A stretch of DNA of 64,000 nucleotides from an uncultured delta proteobacterium (GCA_963706575.1 CAVPNL010000009.1:128001-192000), one strand, 5' to 3'; positions 1-9,995 are shown, numbered from the stretch's first letter. Numbers and translations: made by a program. Notes: generated from the sequence alone by a model not told the origin.

Positions 1-189
1 GAAGAAGATATGCCGCGCATTTTTGAGCGTTTTTATCGCTGTGATCCCAGCCGTTCAGAGGCCGGCATCGGTCTGGGGCTGAGCTTTGCCAGAGCCATTG
101 CCCGGGCCCATGGCGGCGATATCTCCGTTTTCAGCAAACCGGGTAAAGGCAGCACATTTATCGTAACGCTCCCCGGTGCTGGTTTCTGA
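1..189 (+). CDS. Sensor histidine kinase, C-terminal HATPase_c fragment (5' end outside window)
   Basis: Frame 1 read manually: EEDMPRIFERFYRCDPSRSEAGIGLGLSFARAIARAHGGDISVFSKPGKGSTFIVTLPGAGF*. Shows F-box and G2-box (GxGLGL, HGG, GKGSTF). Not in the ORF track. Confidence 0.9.
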   Translation, partial: EEDMPRIFERFYRCDPSRSEAGIGLGLSFARAIARAHGGDISVFSKPGKGSTFIVTLPGAGF

Positions 190-244
190 TTTGAAACGGT
201 AATTTTCACAAAGATTAACCCATAAATATGCTCTCTGATGGAGA

Positions 245-1951
245 ATGGAGGCAGGCCCAATGCCCGACTCAACGAAATCATTTAATCCGGATCGCATTAA
301 AAAGAATAAAACAGCGAAAAAAAAATCACAGGACCAGCCCGCCGGCGCGCGAAAAGAGCCGTCGGTCACCCTGCAGACCGCTTCCGGCATTCCACTTAAA
401 CCGTTGTACACACCGGAGGATATTTCCGACCTGGATTATAATCGACAGATAGGGCTTCCCGGCCAGGAACCGTTTGTGCGCGGTGTTTACTCCAGCATGT
501 ACCGGGGGCGCAGTTGGACGCTGCGGCAGCTGGCCGGATTCGGCCCGGCGGAGGAAACCAACAAGCGCTATAAATTTCTGCTTAAAGAAGGCGCAACCGG
601 TATTAACGGGGTTTTTGATTATCCGACCCTGAGGGGATTTGATTCCACCGATCCCATCGCCCGCGCAGATGCCGGGCGAGGCGGTGTTGCCATCGATACG
701 CTGGCGGACATGCAGACCTTATTTGATGGGATCCCCATCGAAACCACCAGCACATCTCTGGTGACCTGTCAGCCGATTTGCAACATTAGCGTGCAATCCA
801 TGTACTTTGCCCATGCCCAGATTAGCGGTGTTCCCCTGGATCGACTCAGTGGCACGAGTCAAAACGATTTTTTGATGGAAACCGCCATCACGGATGCCCC
901 GGAAGTTTTACCCCCCAGGTATTCTTTTAAGTTAAGCTGTGATGCCATCGAATATTGCACCCGTCATGTGCCGCGCTGGAATCCCGTTAGTTTTTCGGGC
1001 TACAATTACCGGGAGTCCGGCTGCACGGCCATCCAGGAAGTCGCCTTTGTTATTGCCAATGCCGTTGCCTGTTGCCAGGAACTCCTGCGGCGCGGGTTCG
1101 AGATTGATAGCTTTGCGCCCCGTTTAAGCTTTTTCCTTTCGGCCCATAACGATTTTTTTGAGGAAATTGCAAAATACCGGGCGGCCCGCAGAATATGGTG
1201 CCGGATAATGAAGGACCGTTTTGCGGCCAAAGACCCGCGCTCGTTGAAATTCAGATACCACGTTCAAACTGCCGGTGTCGCTTTGACGGCGCAACAACCG
1301 TTAAACAACATCGCCAGGGCGGCATATCATGGACTGGCAGCGGTATTAGGCGGAGCACAATCCTTACATATCGACGGATATGATGAGGCGCTGTGCACAC
1401 CGACCGAACTATCGGCACTTACCGCCTTGAGAACAAATCAGATTCTGCAATTGGAAACAGGCGTAACCCGTACCATCGATCCTTTAGGCGGATCCTATTT
1501 TGTAGAATCACTGACCAATCAACTGGAAGAAAAAATTTTGGAGCTGCTGGAAGAAATTGAACAAATGGGCGGTGTGGTGCGGGCTGTGGAAACCGGCTGG
1601 ATCCACCGGGAGATTTCAGATGCGGCCTTTGAATACCAACAGGCGATTGAATCCGGAAAATTGCCGGTTGTGGGATTAAACTGTCAACAGGTGGTGGAAG
1701 AAAAGCTGCCCATGGATCTTTTTGAAGTACCCGAAACACTGCGCATACAGGAAGAAAAGCTGGAAAAAATTAAGAAAGAGCGAAATCCGGATCAGGTTCG
1801 GCTTGGACTGGATGCGATTGAAGACTGTTGCCGTAAAGACGGAAATTTGATGGAAATCATCATAGAATCAGCTAAATCTTACGTAACCGTGGGGGAAATA
1901 TCCCGGACCCTTAAAGATTGTTATGGCACCTGGAATATGCCGCTTTTCTAG
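245..1951 (+). CDS. Adenosylcobalamin-dependent acyl-CoA mutase, large (substrate-binding) subunit, methylmalonyl-CoA mutase family
   Basis: Family motifs PGxxPFxRG, WTxRQxAGFG, QND, FAPRLSFF, FFEEIAKxRAARR, LTAQQP, GGxQSLH, DEAL, DPLGGSYFVE. Start may be ATG at 260. Confidence 0.93.
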   Translation: MEAGPMPDSTKSFNPDRIKKNKTAKKKSQDQPAGARKEPSVTLQTASGIPLKPLYTPEDISDLDYNRQIGLPGQEPFVRGVYSSMYRGRSWTLRQLAGFGPAEETNKRYKFLLKEGATGINGVFDYPTLRGFDSTDPIARADAGRGGVAIDTLADMQTLFDGIPIETTSTSLVTCQPICNISVQSMYFAHAQISGVPLDRLSGTSQNDFLMETAITDAPEVLPPRYSFKLSCDAIEYCTRHVPRWNPVSFSGYNYRESGCTAIQEVAFVIANAVACCQELLRRGFEIDSFAPRLSFFLSAHNDFFEEIAKYRAARRIWCRIMKDRFAAKDPRSLKFRYHVQTAGVALTAQQPLNNIARAAYHGLAAVLGGAQSLHIDGYDEALCTPTELSALTALRTNQILQLETGVTRTIDPLGGSYFVESLTNQLEEKILELLEEIEQMGGVVRAVETGWIHREISDAAFEYQQAIESGKLPVVGLNCQQVVEEKLPMDLFEVPETLRIQEEKLEKIKKERNPDQVRLGLDAIEDCCRKDGNLMEIIIESAKSYVTVGEISRTLKDCYGTWNMPLF

Positions 1952-2090
1952 TTAGCCGGCATCCTAAGACTCCCTCTCCCTTGAGGGAGAGGGCCGGGGT
2001 GAGGGAGTAACCTGCTGATCTGATACCCCCTCACCTAACCTCTCCCCCTGAAGGGGGAGAGGAAATGGTATTTTCGGATGGGCACTGATT
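1949..2090. repeat. Intergenic palindromic element (CCCTCTCCC/GGGAGAGG doublet) within degenerate terminal inverted repeats
   Basis: ctccctctcccttgagggagagggccggggtgaggg ... ccccctcacctaacctctccccctgaagggggagagg, flanked by gcatcctaaga and ttttcggatgggcac. Confidence 0.7.
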
Positions 2091-2112
2091 ATATTATAAA
2101 AAGGAAACAATA

Positions 2113-2499
2113 ATGTCGAAGCGAATTCGAGTTCTGATTGCGCGTCTTGGAATGGATGCCCACTGGCGGGGCAGTATTATGGTGGCCCGTGCGTTACGCG
2201 ATGCCGGTATGGAAGTTATCTATTTGGGAAACCAGCTGCCGCAAGAAATTGTGGAGGCGGCCATCCAGGAGGATGCCGATGTCGTCGGAATCAGCACGCT
2301 TTCCGGAAATCATATGATTTTAGCCCCTGAAGTCGTCAAACAACTCAATGCAAAGGGGGCCAATGATAAAGTTGTGGTTCTCGGCGGCACGATACCCCCG
2401 GATGACATTCCTAAACTCAAAGATGCCGGCATTGGCGAGGTCTTCGGCCCCGGGACACCGATTGAAAAAATCATCGGCTTTATTACCGCTTCATCCTAG
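2113..2499 (+). CDS. Acyl-CoA mutase small subunit, cobalamin-binding domain
   Basis: DxHxxG motif (DAHWRG), GMEVIYLG, AAIQEDADVVGISxLSGxH, GGTIP, VFGPGT. Lies directly after the large subunit. Confidence 0.93.
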   Translation: MSKRIRVLIARLGMDAHWRGSIMVARALRDAGMEVIYLGNQLPQEIVEAAIQEDADVVGISTLSGNHMILAPEVVKQLNAKGANDKVVVLGGTIPPDDIPKLKDAGIGEVFGPGTPIEKIIGFITASS

Positions 2500-2544
2500 C
2501 GTTGTGTCCCACGAAAAAGTTACAGAAGGTGTGTGATCTATTTT

Positions 2545-2657
2545 CAGAGGACAGACGACAGAAGACAGATGGGAAGTAGGATCGGCCTCCGTGCCGACCT
2601 CTGAATGGCGGGCACAGAGGCCCGCCCTGCATCTGAACGCTGACACCTCAAAACCTA
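2545..2657. repeat. Heptamer tandem repeats flanking a GTAG-type REP doublet (2576-2630)
   Basis: cagaggacagacgacagaagacaga / gtaggatcggcctccgtgccgacc ... ggcgggcacagaggcccgccctgc / tctgaacgctgacacct. Confidence 0.7.
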
Positions 2658-2735
2658 ATATTGTAAATTGCTTGCGGGACAACAGCACTAGCCCTCCCAA
2701 ATCCCCCAACACAGCTCAGGCACTACTCTCACCAA

Positions 2736-2779
2736 CTTAACCTTTTGGTCATCTTCAGGTCATCTTGCGGCCATCTGTG
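2736..2779 (+). promoter_or_regulatory. Direct repeats with 11-bp period upstream of degQ (candidate OmpR/PhoB-family site)
   Basis: ggtcatcttca ggtcatcttgc ggccatctgtg starting at 2747, 2758 and 2769. Confidence 0.55.
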
Positions 2780-2844
2780 TGCACTAATGTAGATATCGAA
2801 CATCGCGCAATATATGTTTTCGTAAACTTTAGGGAGGTATTATC

Positions 2845-4308
2845 ATGAAAAGAAAACCATTCAGAAAACTCAGTTTAGCAATCATGATTTTGGCGTTAAC
2901 CGGATTCATATGGGGATGTGGCCTTGAAAATGAGCTCGAGGCCAAGGGCATGCCCGAAATTGAATCCAAGACCATGATGGTTCCGGTCAATTTCAGTGAA
3001 CTGGCTCAAAAAGTTCGTGACGGCGTGGTCAATATTCGAACCGTCAAGACCATGAAAGGCGGCGGACCTGTTTTTAAACATTTCTTCGGAAATCCATTCG
3101 GGCAAAAAAATCCTTTTGGCGACCAGGATCGTTTCCGCGATTTTTTCGGACCGCATCATGATGAAGGCCCTGCGCCGGATTTCAAACAGCGAAGCCTGGG
3201 TTCCGGGTTTATCATTGATAAAGACGGCTATATCGTCACCAACAACCACGTAATCGAAAATGCCGATCAGATTAAAGTCAAGCTGGCGGATGAACGGGAG
3301 TTTGAAGCCGAGCTGGTAGGCCGCGATCCCAATACGGATCTGGCGCTTATCCGCATAAAAGACGCTTCGGACCTGGTTCCCCTGAAACTGGGAGATTCAG
3401 ATGCGCTTTCAGTTGGCAGCTGGGTGATGGCTGTTGGCAGCCCCTTCGGGCTGGAACAGACGGTAACCGCGGGGATCGTCAGCGCCAAGGGCCGCGCGCT
3501 GGGTTCCGGACCTTACGACGATTTCATCCAGACCGATGCGTCCATTAATCCCGGAAACAGCGGCGGACCGCTTTTGAATATGAACGGCGAGGTCGTCGGT
3601 ATCAACACCGCCATCGTGGCCAACGGCCAGGGCATCGGTTTTGCCATACCCGTCAGTATGGCCCAGGGCATTGTTAAGCAGCTCCAGGCGCATGGCTCCG
3701 TTACCCGCGGCTGGCTGGGCGTCAGCATTCAGGACCTGTCACCGGAATTAGCAGAATATTACGGAATCAAAGACCAAAAAGGCGTTCTGGTGGCGCAGGT
3801 TTTTGAAGGCGACCCTGCTGATAAAGCCGGAATTAAAGCCAATGACGTGATTGTTGAAGTTGACGGCAAATCCATCGACTCCAGTCGCGATCTGACCAGA
3901 ACGATTGCCGATATAGCGGTGGGCAAAAAGACGACCGTAACGCTCCTGAGGGACGGCAAGGAGAAAACGGTAAATGTCAAAATCGCTAAACGCGGTGATG
4001 CTGAACCATTGGCTCAGCGTAAGTCGGAAGATAGCGAAAAGCTCGGGATTCGGATTGCAGAGGCCACACCGGAAACAGCCAAACGTTTCGGTCATTCGGA
4101 AACCGAAAAAGGCGTACTGGTTGTCGGTGTCGAGCCCGGCAGTAAAGCAGATGAGGCCGGCGTTCGCCAGGGGGATCTGGTCAAAGAGGTGAATCGCAAA
4201 CCGGTTAGCAGCGTTTCCGAATTACGTTCGGAAGTTGAAAAAGACAATGAAGTTCAGCTGTTGGTTAAGAGACCGAATGCCGGTTTTGTGGTAATTAAAA
4301 TAAGCTAA
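2845..4308 (+). CDS. degQ: DegQ/HtrA periplasmic serine protease with two PDZ domains
   Basis: Signal peptide, LGSGFII, TNNHV (His), DLALI (Asp), [10 protein letters not shown] (Ser), RGWLGV PDZ, RBS gggagg. Confidence 0.95.
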   Translation: MKRKPFRKLSLAIMILALTGFIWGCGLENELEAKGMPEIESKTMMVPVNFSELAQKVRDGVVNIRTVKTMKGGGPVFKHFFGNPFGQKNPFGDQDRFRDFFGPHHDEGPAPDFKQRSLGSGFIIDKDGYIVTNNHVIENADQIKVKLADEREFEAELVGRDPNTDLALIRIKDASDLVPLKLGDSDALSVGSWVMAVGSPFGLEQTVTAGIVSAKGRALGSGPYDDFIQTDASINPGNSGGPLLNMNGEVVGINTAIVANGQGIGFAIPVSMAQGIVKQLQAHGSVTRGWLGVSIQDLSPELAEYYGIKDQKGVLVAQVFEGDPADKAGIKANDVIVEVDGKSIDSSRDLTRTIADIAVGKKTTVTLLRDGKEKTVNVKIAKRGDAEPLAQRKSEDSEKLGIRIAEATPETAKRFGHSETEKGVLVVGVEPGSKADEAGVRQGDLVKEVNRKPVSSVSELRSEVEKDNEVQLLVKRPNAGFVVIKIS

Positions 4309-4395
4309 ACAAAATTTAACGTTAACCGCAGGTGCACCGTGGCAATTTGCCAGGTGCATCTGCCGTAAAATGTCATGAGCAAGGCAGCCGAATGT

Positions 4396-4515
4396 TCAAC
4401 TACCTGCATCGGGCGACACCATTTTGGTTGGCCAATTGACCAGCAAAACACCGATTAAAACCGCCACGAAACCCTCGATAAAAACCGGCGTCAGTTTTTC
4501 AGCGCTAAAGGCTGC
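4396..4515 (-). pseudogene. Remnant resembling the C-terminus of a DMT/EamA transporter
   Basis: Minus strand reads AAFSAEKLTPVFIEGFVAVLIGVLLVNWPTKMVSPDAGS*, like the last TM segment of EamA proteins. No upstream gene body. Confidence 0.5.
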
Positions 4516-4541
4516 AGAATTTCCAATAAAATTACGATCCA

Positions 4542-5471
4542 TCATGATGAGGAAGGCTCCCCGTTTAAGTATGGTTTCAAGGCTGCATATATGGCAAAAT
4601 TAATCGGCGTCGGGATCCCATGCTCGCTTCCTAAGCGAACGACCGTTCCATTCAAAACCTCCAGCTCCAGGCGCCGGCCGGCGGCCAGGTCATAATACAT
4701 CGAGCCCCGCACCGATGGCTCCACGCTGCTAAAAAAGTTCATGGATTGATCCACACAGCCCTCAGGCAAGTTCGCACCGCTCGCCCGCGCAACCGCTTCG
4801 ACTTCTTCCATGGTGCCCCTCATCAGATTATGCGTTTCCCTGCATGCGACTATTTCTCCCATCGGCAAACGTGTCAGGGCGGTAATGCCGTTTACGCCGC
4901 AGATTCCGAGGAATTTTTGCCATAGGGCAACCTGAATATCTGAATGAAGCTCTGCCGTGATCTTCGAATTTTGCAATGTGTTTTGGAGGGCCTCAGTGCG
5001 AGCGCTTGTACCGCCTTGCATCTCTCCAAAAACAAGTGTTCCGGGGCCCCCCGTCTGAGCAATGACCCCGGGAGATTTGATTGTTGAAGACACATAAGAA
5101 ACACAACCCACAACGTGTTGAGGCCCAACGACCTTCCCAATTTGTTCCTCATTGTCGATGCCGTTTTGCACCGAAAGAACGACGGTTTCCGGCCCGATTA
5201 AAGGACGAATCTGCTCCGCGGCCGCAGCATTATCGTAAGCTTTGACACAGAATAAGACACAGTCGACAGGAGCAATTTCATCGGGATTATCGGTGGCTGT
5301 GGCCTGAATGCTAAAATCACCTGCCAAAACGGATTTTATCGCAAGGCCGTTTTTGCGAATGGCTTCCAGATGAGCCCCCCGTGCAATAAATGCAACCTCT
5401 TCACCGGCCCGGGCCAGCAGGCCTCCGAAGTAGCCGCCCGTTCCCCCGGTCCCCATTACAGCGATACGCAT
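4542..5471 (-). CDS. panE: 2-dehydropantoate 2-reductase (ketopantoate reductase)
   Basis: MRIAVMGxGGxGGYFG, VKAYD, SVQNG, WQKF, SMYYDL..GRRLE.E.LNG, GIPTP.N. Confidence 0.92.
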   Translation of the reverse strand: MRIAVMGTGGTGGYFGGLLARAGEEVAFIARGAHLEAIRKNGLAIKSVLAGDFSIQATATDNPDEIAPVDCVLFCVKAYDNAAAAEQIRPLIGPETVVLSVQNGIDNEEQIGKVVGPQHVVGCVSYVSSTIKSPGVIAQTGGPGTLVFGEMQGGTSARTEALQNTLQNSKITAELHSDIQVALWQKFLGICGVNGITALTRLPMGEIVACRETHNLMRGTMEEVEAVARASGANLPEGCVDQSMNFFSSVEPSVRGSMYYDLAAGRRLELEVLNGTVVRLGSEHGIPTPINFAIYAALKPYLNGEPSSS

Positions 5472-5854
5472 AATTGACCTCCTTTTGTTTACGATCAGTT
5501 AGGGTTTTATTTTTCAGGGTAGATCAGTTGTTTATATAATTAAATGAAGAATTGTCAAAATGAATGGGTAGCCCGAGATGTGTTGGCGGCTTCAGGTCAA
5601 GTTGACAGGACAGGCGGAAGCGGACCCAAAATATAGGCGAAGGCAAAAGGACAATATTCTGAACAGGTATCAATTGCTGAAAAGGCCGGCTTTTGGATAC
5701 TACATGGTGGCATACAGGTCAAGTGAATAATTTCCGTTTTCATTAGTGCAACCTATTGAAAGCTTTAGCCACGAATCACATTTAATTGACTGTTAACGGT
5801 TTTTATGAAATGAAGATCTAATCTTTATCAACTTATACTGGAAAATTTATTTAA

Positions 5855-7234
5855 ATGAATGACAGAGCCACCAAATTAACCGCCCTGACGATTGCATCGT
5901 TAAGTTCATTTATCACGCCTTTCATGATCTCATCGATCAACATCGCGCTGCCGGTAATCGGAAAGGAATTTAAAACCGACGCCGTCGTCTTAAGCTGGGT
6001 GGCGACATCTTATCTGCTGGCGGCGGCCGTGTCTCTGGTGCCATTTGGCAAGCTGGCCGATATTTACGGCCGCAAGAAAATCTATATGCTCGGGATGGGG
6101 CTTTTTACCCTGACATCCCTGCTGTCTGCCGTTGCGACCTCGGCGCCCATGCTGATTATTTTTCGGATATTTCAGGGCGCCGGCAGTGCCATGGTTTTTG
6201 TCACTGGAATTGCGATTTTAAGCTCGGTTTATCCGGTTGAAGAACGGGGTAAGGTACTGGGAATCGCCGTAGCCGCAGTATACATTGGGTTGTCCTGCGG
6301 CCCGTTTTTCGGTGGGTTTTTAACCCAACATCTGAGCTGGCGGAGCATTTTTCTGATCAATATTCCCTTCGGTGTGCTTATCATCCTGCTCATTATTTTT
6401 AAATTAAAAGGCGAGTGGAAAGGCGCGGAAGGCCAAAAATTCGATCTCACCGGCTCCATCATTTACGGCACCGCCATTTTTGCGTTTATGTACGGCATCT
6501 CAATTTTGCCTGCCACCATGAGTATCATTTTAATTCTAACGGGCGTTGCCGGGCTTGTCGCTTTTGTTAAGTGGGAACTGGTGGTGGCGAGCCCGGTATT
6601 TGAGGTCAATCTTTTTGTCACTAACCGGACGTATGCCTATTCCTGTTTGGCGGCGTTGATTAATTACAGCGCCACCTTCGCCGTTACGTTTTTGCTCAGT
6701 TTTTACTTGCAATACATCAAAGGAATGCCACCCCAGGGTGCCGGGGTGGTGCTGGTTTCAACCCCGATTATGATGGCCATTTTTTCTCCGCTGGCGGGCC
6801 GGCTTTCCGACCGGGTCGAGCCGCGCGTAATTTCATCGCTGGGTATGGGCCTGACGGCATTGGGACTGGTGCTTTTAATTGTGCTGAATGCGCATACGGC
6901 GCTGGCTTATATCATTGCCAGTCTGATGATTCTGGGCTTTGGTTTTGCGCTGTTTTCATCTCCCAACATGAATGCGATTATGAGCTCGGTGGATAAACGT
7001 TTTTACGGGATTGCCTCGGCCTCGGTGGGAACCATGCGTCTTTTAGGCCAGATGCTGAGTATGGGGATTGTAACTTTGATTTTTTCCCTGTTTATCGGTA
7101 GGGCCCAGATTACACCGCAATATTATCCGATGCTAATCAAAAGTGTGCGGGTCGCGTTTATTGTTTTTTCCTGCTTTTGTGTGGGTGGGATTTTCTTTTC
7201 GCTGTATCGCGGCCGGCTGCGGCCGGGTGATTGA
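5855..7234 (+). CDS. MFS transporter, DHA2/EmrB-QacA-like (about 14 TM)
   Basis: NIALP, GKLADIYGRK motif A, RIFQG, GPFFGG, GRLSDR. Hydrophobic throughout. Confidence 0.92.
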   Translation: MNDRATKLTALTIASLSSFITPFMISSINIALPVIGKEFKTDAVVLSWVATSYLLAAAVSLVPFGKLADIYGRKKIYMLGMGLFTLTSLLSAVATSAPMLIIFRIFQGAGSAMVFVTGIAILSSVYPVEERGKVLGIAVAAVYIGLSCGPFFGGFLTQHLSWRSIFLINIPFGVLIILLIIFKLKGEWKGAEGQKFDLTGSIIYGTAIFAFMYGISILPATMSIILILTGVAGLVAFVKWELVVASPVFEVNLFVTNRTYAYSCLAALINYSATFAVTFLLSFYLQYIKGMPPQGAGVVLVSTPIMMAIFSPLAGRLSDRVEPRVISSLGMGLTALGLVLLIVLNAHTALAYIIASLMILGFGFALFSSPNMNAIMSSVDKRFYGIASASVGTMRLLGQMLSMGIVTLIFSLFIGRAQITPQYYPMLIKSVRVAFIVFSCFCVGGIFFSLYRGRLRPGD

Positions 7235-7244
7235 TTTGATTAAG

Positions 7245-7323
7245 TTCACCGCAGAGACGCAGAGCGCGCAGAGATGCTTTTTCTTTTTGCCCTACTCTGC
7301 GACCTCTGCGTCTCTGCGGTGAA
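7245..7323. repeat. Nonamer-periodic inverted-repeat element (ACCGCAGAG family)
   Basis: ttcaccgcagagacgcagagcgcgcagag ... ctctgcgacctctgcgtctctgcggtgaa, between convergent genes. Confidence 0.8.
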
Positions 7324-7325
7324 TT

Positions 7326-7907
7326 CTATTCCACGTTGCCTTTCAAGCCGATCTCTGCGGCCACTTCGCGCATGCCCATGATGGTGTCGCTGATCAGCTC
7401 GGAAAGCTCAACTCCCAGCATTTCGGCACCCTTTTCTATGATGGAACGATCGACCCCGGCGGCAAACTGTTTTTGCTTCCATTTCTTTTTAACGGACTTG
7501 GCTTTCATATCCATCACGCTTTTTGAGGGCCGCACCAATGCGGAAGTGACCACCAGCCCGGTGAGCTCATCGATGGCATACAGGACCTTTTCCATATCCG
7601 ATTCAGGCTTGACATCGCTGCAAATTCCCCAGCCGTGGCTGACCACCGCGCGGATATACTCTTCGGGCCAGTCATTTTCCTTTAGAATTTCCTCGGTTTT
7701 TTTGCAGTGCTGATCCGGAAACTGTTCATAGTCCAGGTCGTGAATCAGGCCGATCACGCCCCATTTTTCCTCGTCCTTACCCCGTTTGCGGGCAATGTAG
7801 CGCATGACGCCTTCCACAGCCATCGCATGTTTTATCAGGCTTTCGTTTTTGTTGTATTGCCTCAGAAGCGCCAGTGCTTCCTCCCGGGTAGGCGTTTGTG
7901 AGCCCAT
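7326..7907 (-). CDS. HD/HDIG-domain metal-dependent hydrolase
   Basis: TREEA, KHAMAVE, GLIHDLDYE, SHG, AIDELTGL, RPSKS, FAAGVDR. Confidence 0.9.
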   Translation of the reverse strand: MGSQTPTREEALALLRQYNKNESLIKHAMAVEGVMRYIARKRGKDEEKWGVIGLIHDLDYEQFPDQHCKKTEEILKENDWPEEYIRAVVSHGWGICSDVKPESDMEKVLYAIDELTGLVVTSALVRPSKSVMDMKAKSVKKKWKQKQFAAGVDRSIIEKGAEMLGVELSELISDTIMGMREVAAEIGLKGNVE

Positions 7908-8105
7908 GTGAATCCCTCCTCATCGTGAATGTATTTATAGTTAATGCGATAATTGAATAACACGTATCCCGCAGCAGTCAAGCCATATTGTTTATTTGCT
8001 CTTGATCCTTTCGACCTGACCGGCTATTTTGATTTCGAACCCTGGATTTCACGCGGAATACATCTTCTCTGCGGATGAAGATGCCCGGCAGAAAGGACGC
8101 TGAGC

Positions 8106-9794
8106 TTGAAAACCACGCTGGATTCTTCTTTTCAGAAAATCCATCTCATTGAACTTTATCTTCGCAATGTCGGCGCCAATCTTATAGGTTTTTTTATCAT
8201 TGCCCTGCTCAACCTTTTCACTCCGCTTGAATTTTTTAAAATCCAAAAGGCCTTTCTGTTGGCCGGCGGCTGGATGGTGATCCTTGCTCTTTATCCCTTC
8301 GTGATTTGCATCGGAATTACGCTGCAATATATCATCCAGCGTCCAATTACGCAGATGATAAACCGCATGCGCCAGGGGTTTAACATTGAAGCCGCTCTTG
8401 AGGAAAAGGCCAGGCGCCGGATATTGAATTTGCCGGTTACGATTGGCCTGGTCAATCTTGCCATGTGGGTCGGTTTAACGGCTCTGTTAGGGGCATTTTT
8501 CCTGATATTTAGAGACGCAACACTCAAGATGGGTTTTTTTGTGCAGTTTCGCGGGTTCATGGTCGGTTACATTTCCGCCATACTTTCATTTTATCTGGTG
8601 GAAGCTTATTGCAGAAGACGGCTGGTTCGGATTCTATTCCCCGAAGGCAAGCTGGCAGTCATACCGGGGACCGTAAAATTTTCAATACTCAGAAGAATCC
8701 GGGTACTTTATAGTGTCGGCACCCTGGCACCCATGATTATTCTGGTTGGCACCCTTGCATTTATTTTATGGGAGATGGAAGGGGCCGACATTTCAGCTGC
8801 TGAATTTGGTCGGGAGTTCCTTATTTTTTCAATTGTTCTGTGTGCTATTTTTTTCTTTGTTGGTGGCAGATTGAACGTCCTTTCCGGAAAATCGATTATT
8901 CAACCCATTACCGACATGATGGTGCTGGTCCGCCGGGTGAGGAAAGGGCACTTCAAGCAAAAGGTGCGGGTGGTTTCCAATGATGAACTGGGTATTTTAG
9001 GCGACGGCTTAAACGAAATGACCGAAGGTCTGATTGAGCGGGATCAGATACGGCATTCGCTGCATCTGGCCGAGGAAGTTCAGCAAACCCTTTTACCCCG
9101 GGAGAATCCCAAAGTAGACGGGTTGGATGTTGCGGCGACAATTGTATATTGTGATGAAACCGGAGGCGATTATTATGATTACCTGGATACCCGTGAAACA
9201 TACCCCGGGAGTTTCACCATGGCCATCGGGGATGTATCCGGCCATGGTATTCCGTCTGCCCTGATGATGGCGACTGCAAGGGCTTTTCTCAGGCAGCGCT
9301 CGGTGCTGCCGGGAACTCCGGCAGACATAGTATCCGATGTTAACTACCAGATCACCAGAGATTTTGCAGAGTCAGGCGGTTTTATGACGCTGTTTTATCT
9401 GTCAATTGACCCGGCAAATCAAAGCCTTTGCTGGGTTCGCGCCGGACACGATCCGGCCATTTTTTATGATCCGGCACTCGACAGATTTGATGAGCTTCGC
9501 GGTGCGGGTATGGCCCTGGGCGTGGATGCCGGCCGCCGCTATAAGGAATTTCAGAAATCCGACCTCAAAGAGGGTCAGGTCATTCTACTGGGGTCCGACG
9601 GGCTCTGGGAGGCGCGCAATCCTCAAGGAAAAATGTTCGGAAAGGAGCCCATCCATCAAATCATTCGCCAGTCTCCCGCTGCAAACGCCAGAGAAATTCT
9701 GACCGCCTGTTTTAATCGCTTCAATGTTTTTCTGGGAGACCGTGCACCCGAAGATGATGTTACCCTGGTGGTGATTAGGATTACAAAGGATTAA
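8106..9794 (+). CDS. Membrane PP2C/SpoIIE (RsbU-like) phosphatase with HAMP domain
   Basis: About 6 TM, HAMP (SNDELGIL), GGDYYD, GDVSGHG, AGH, SDGLWE, DDVT. Confidence 0.92.
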   Translation: MKTTLDSSFQKIHLIELYLRNVGANLIGFFIIALLNLFTPLEFFKIQKAFLLAGGWMVILALYPFVICIGITLQYIIQRPITQMINRMRQGFNIEAALEEKARRRILNLPVTIGLVNLAMWVGLTALLGAFFLIFRDATLKMGFFVQFRGFMVGYISAILSFYLVEAYCRRRLVRILFPEGKLAVIPGTVKFSILRRIRVLYSVGTLAPMIILVGTLAFILWEMEGADISAAEFGREFLIFSIVLCAIFFFVGGRLNVLSGKSIIQPITDMMVLVRRVRKGHFKQKVRVVSNDELGILGDGLNEMTEGLIERDQIRHSLHLAEEVQQTLLPRENPKVDGLDVAATIVYCDETGGDYYDYLDTRETYPGSFTMAIGDVSGHGIPSALMMATARAFLRQRSVLPGTPADIVSDVNYQITRDFAESGGFMTLFYLSIDPANQSLCWVRAGHDPAIFYDPALDRFDELRGAGMALGVDAGRRYKEFQKSDLKEGQVILLGSDGLWEARNPQGKMFGKEPIHQIIRQSPAANAREILTACFNRFNVFLGDRAPEDDVTLVVIRITKD

Positions 9795-9805
9795 GCGTTG
9801 ATTAG

Positions 9806-9995
9806 AGTGACTAAAGTTTCAAGTGATCTAAAGTGACTAAAGTTGAGGAATTCTGTCATTTTTATAAATGATGGAGCGCCACTCGGTGCAAGCGCCTACG
9901 CTGCGCGAGCGACACCTGAATTTTAGGCACTGTTTTTTTATTTGGTGTTTGGCCGCGTCCATGCTAAACACGAAATACTAAACACCAAACACTAA
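9806..9995. repeat. Composite short tandem repeats with an inserted hairpin (9879-9907)
   Basis: agtgactaaagt repeats; gatggagcg[ccactcggtgcaagcgcctacgctgcgcg]agcgacacc; tttggtgtttgg ... aaacacgaaatactaaacaccaaacact. Confidence 0.6.

Noticed and set aside
5578..5730. 50-codon ORF (MCWRLQVK...AYRSSE) between panE and the MFS gene
   Set aside because: No clear RBS and no recognisable motif. It may be a gene remnant but cannot be supported without blastx.
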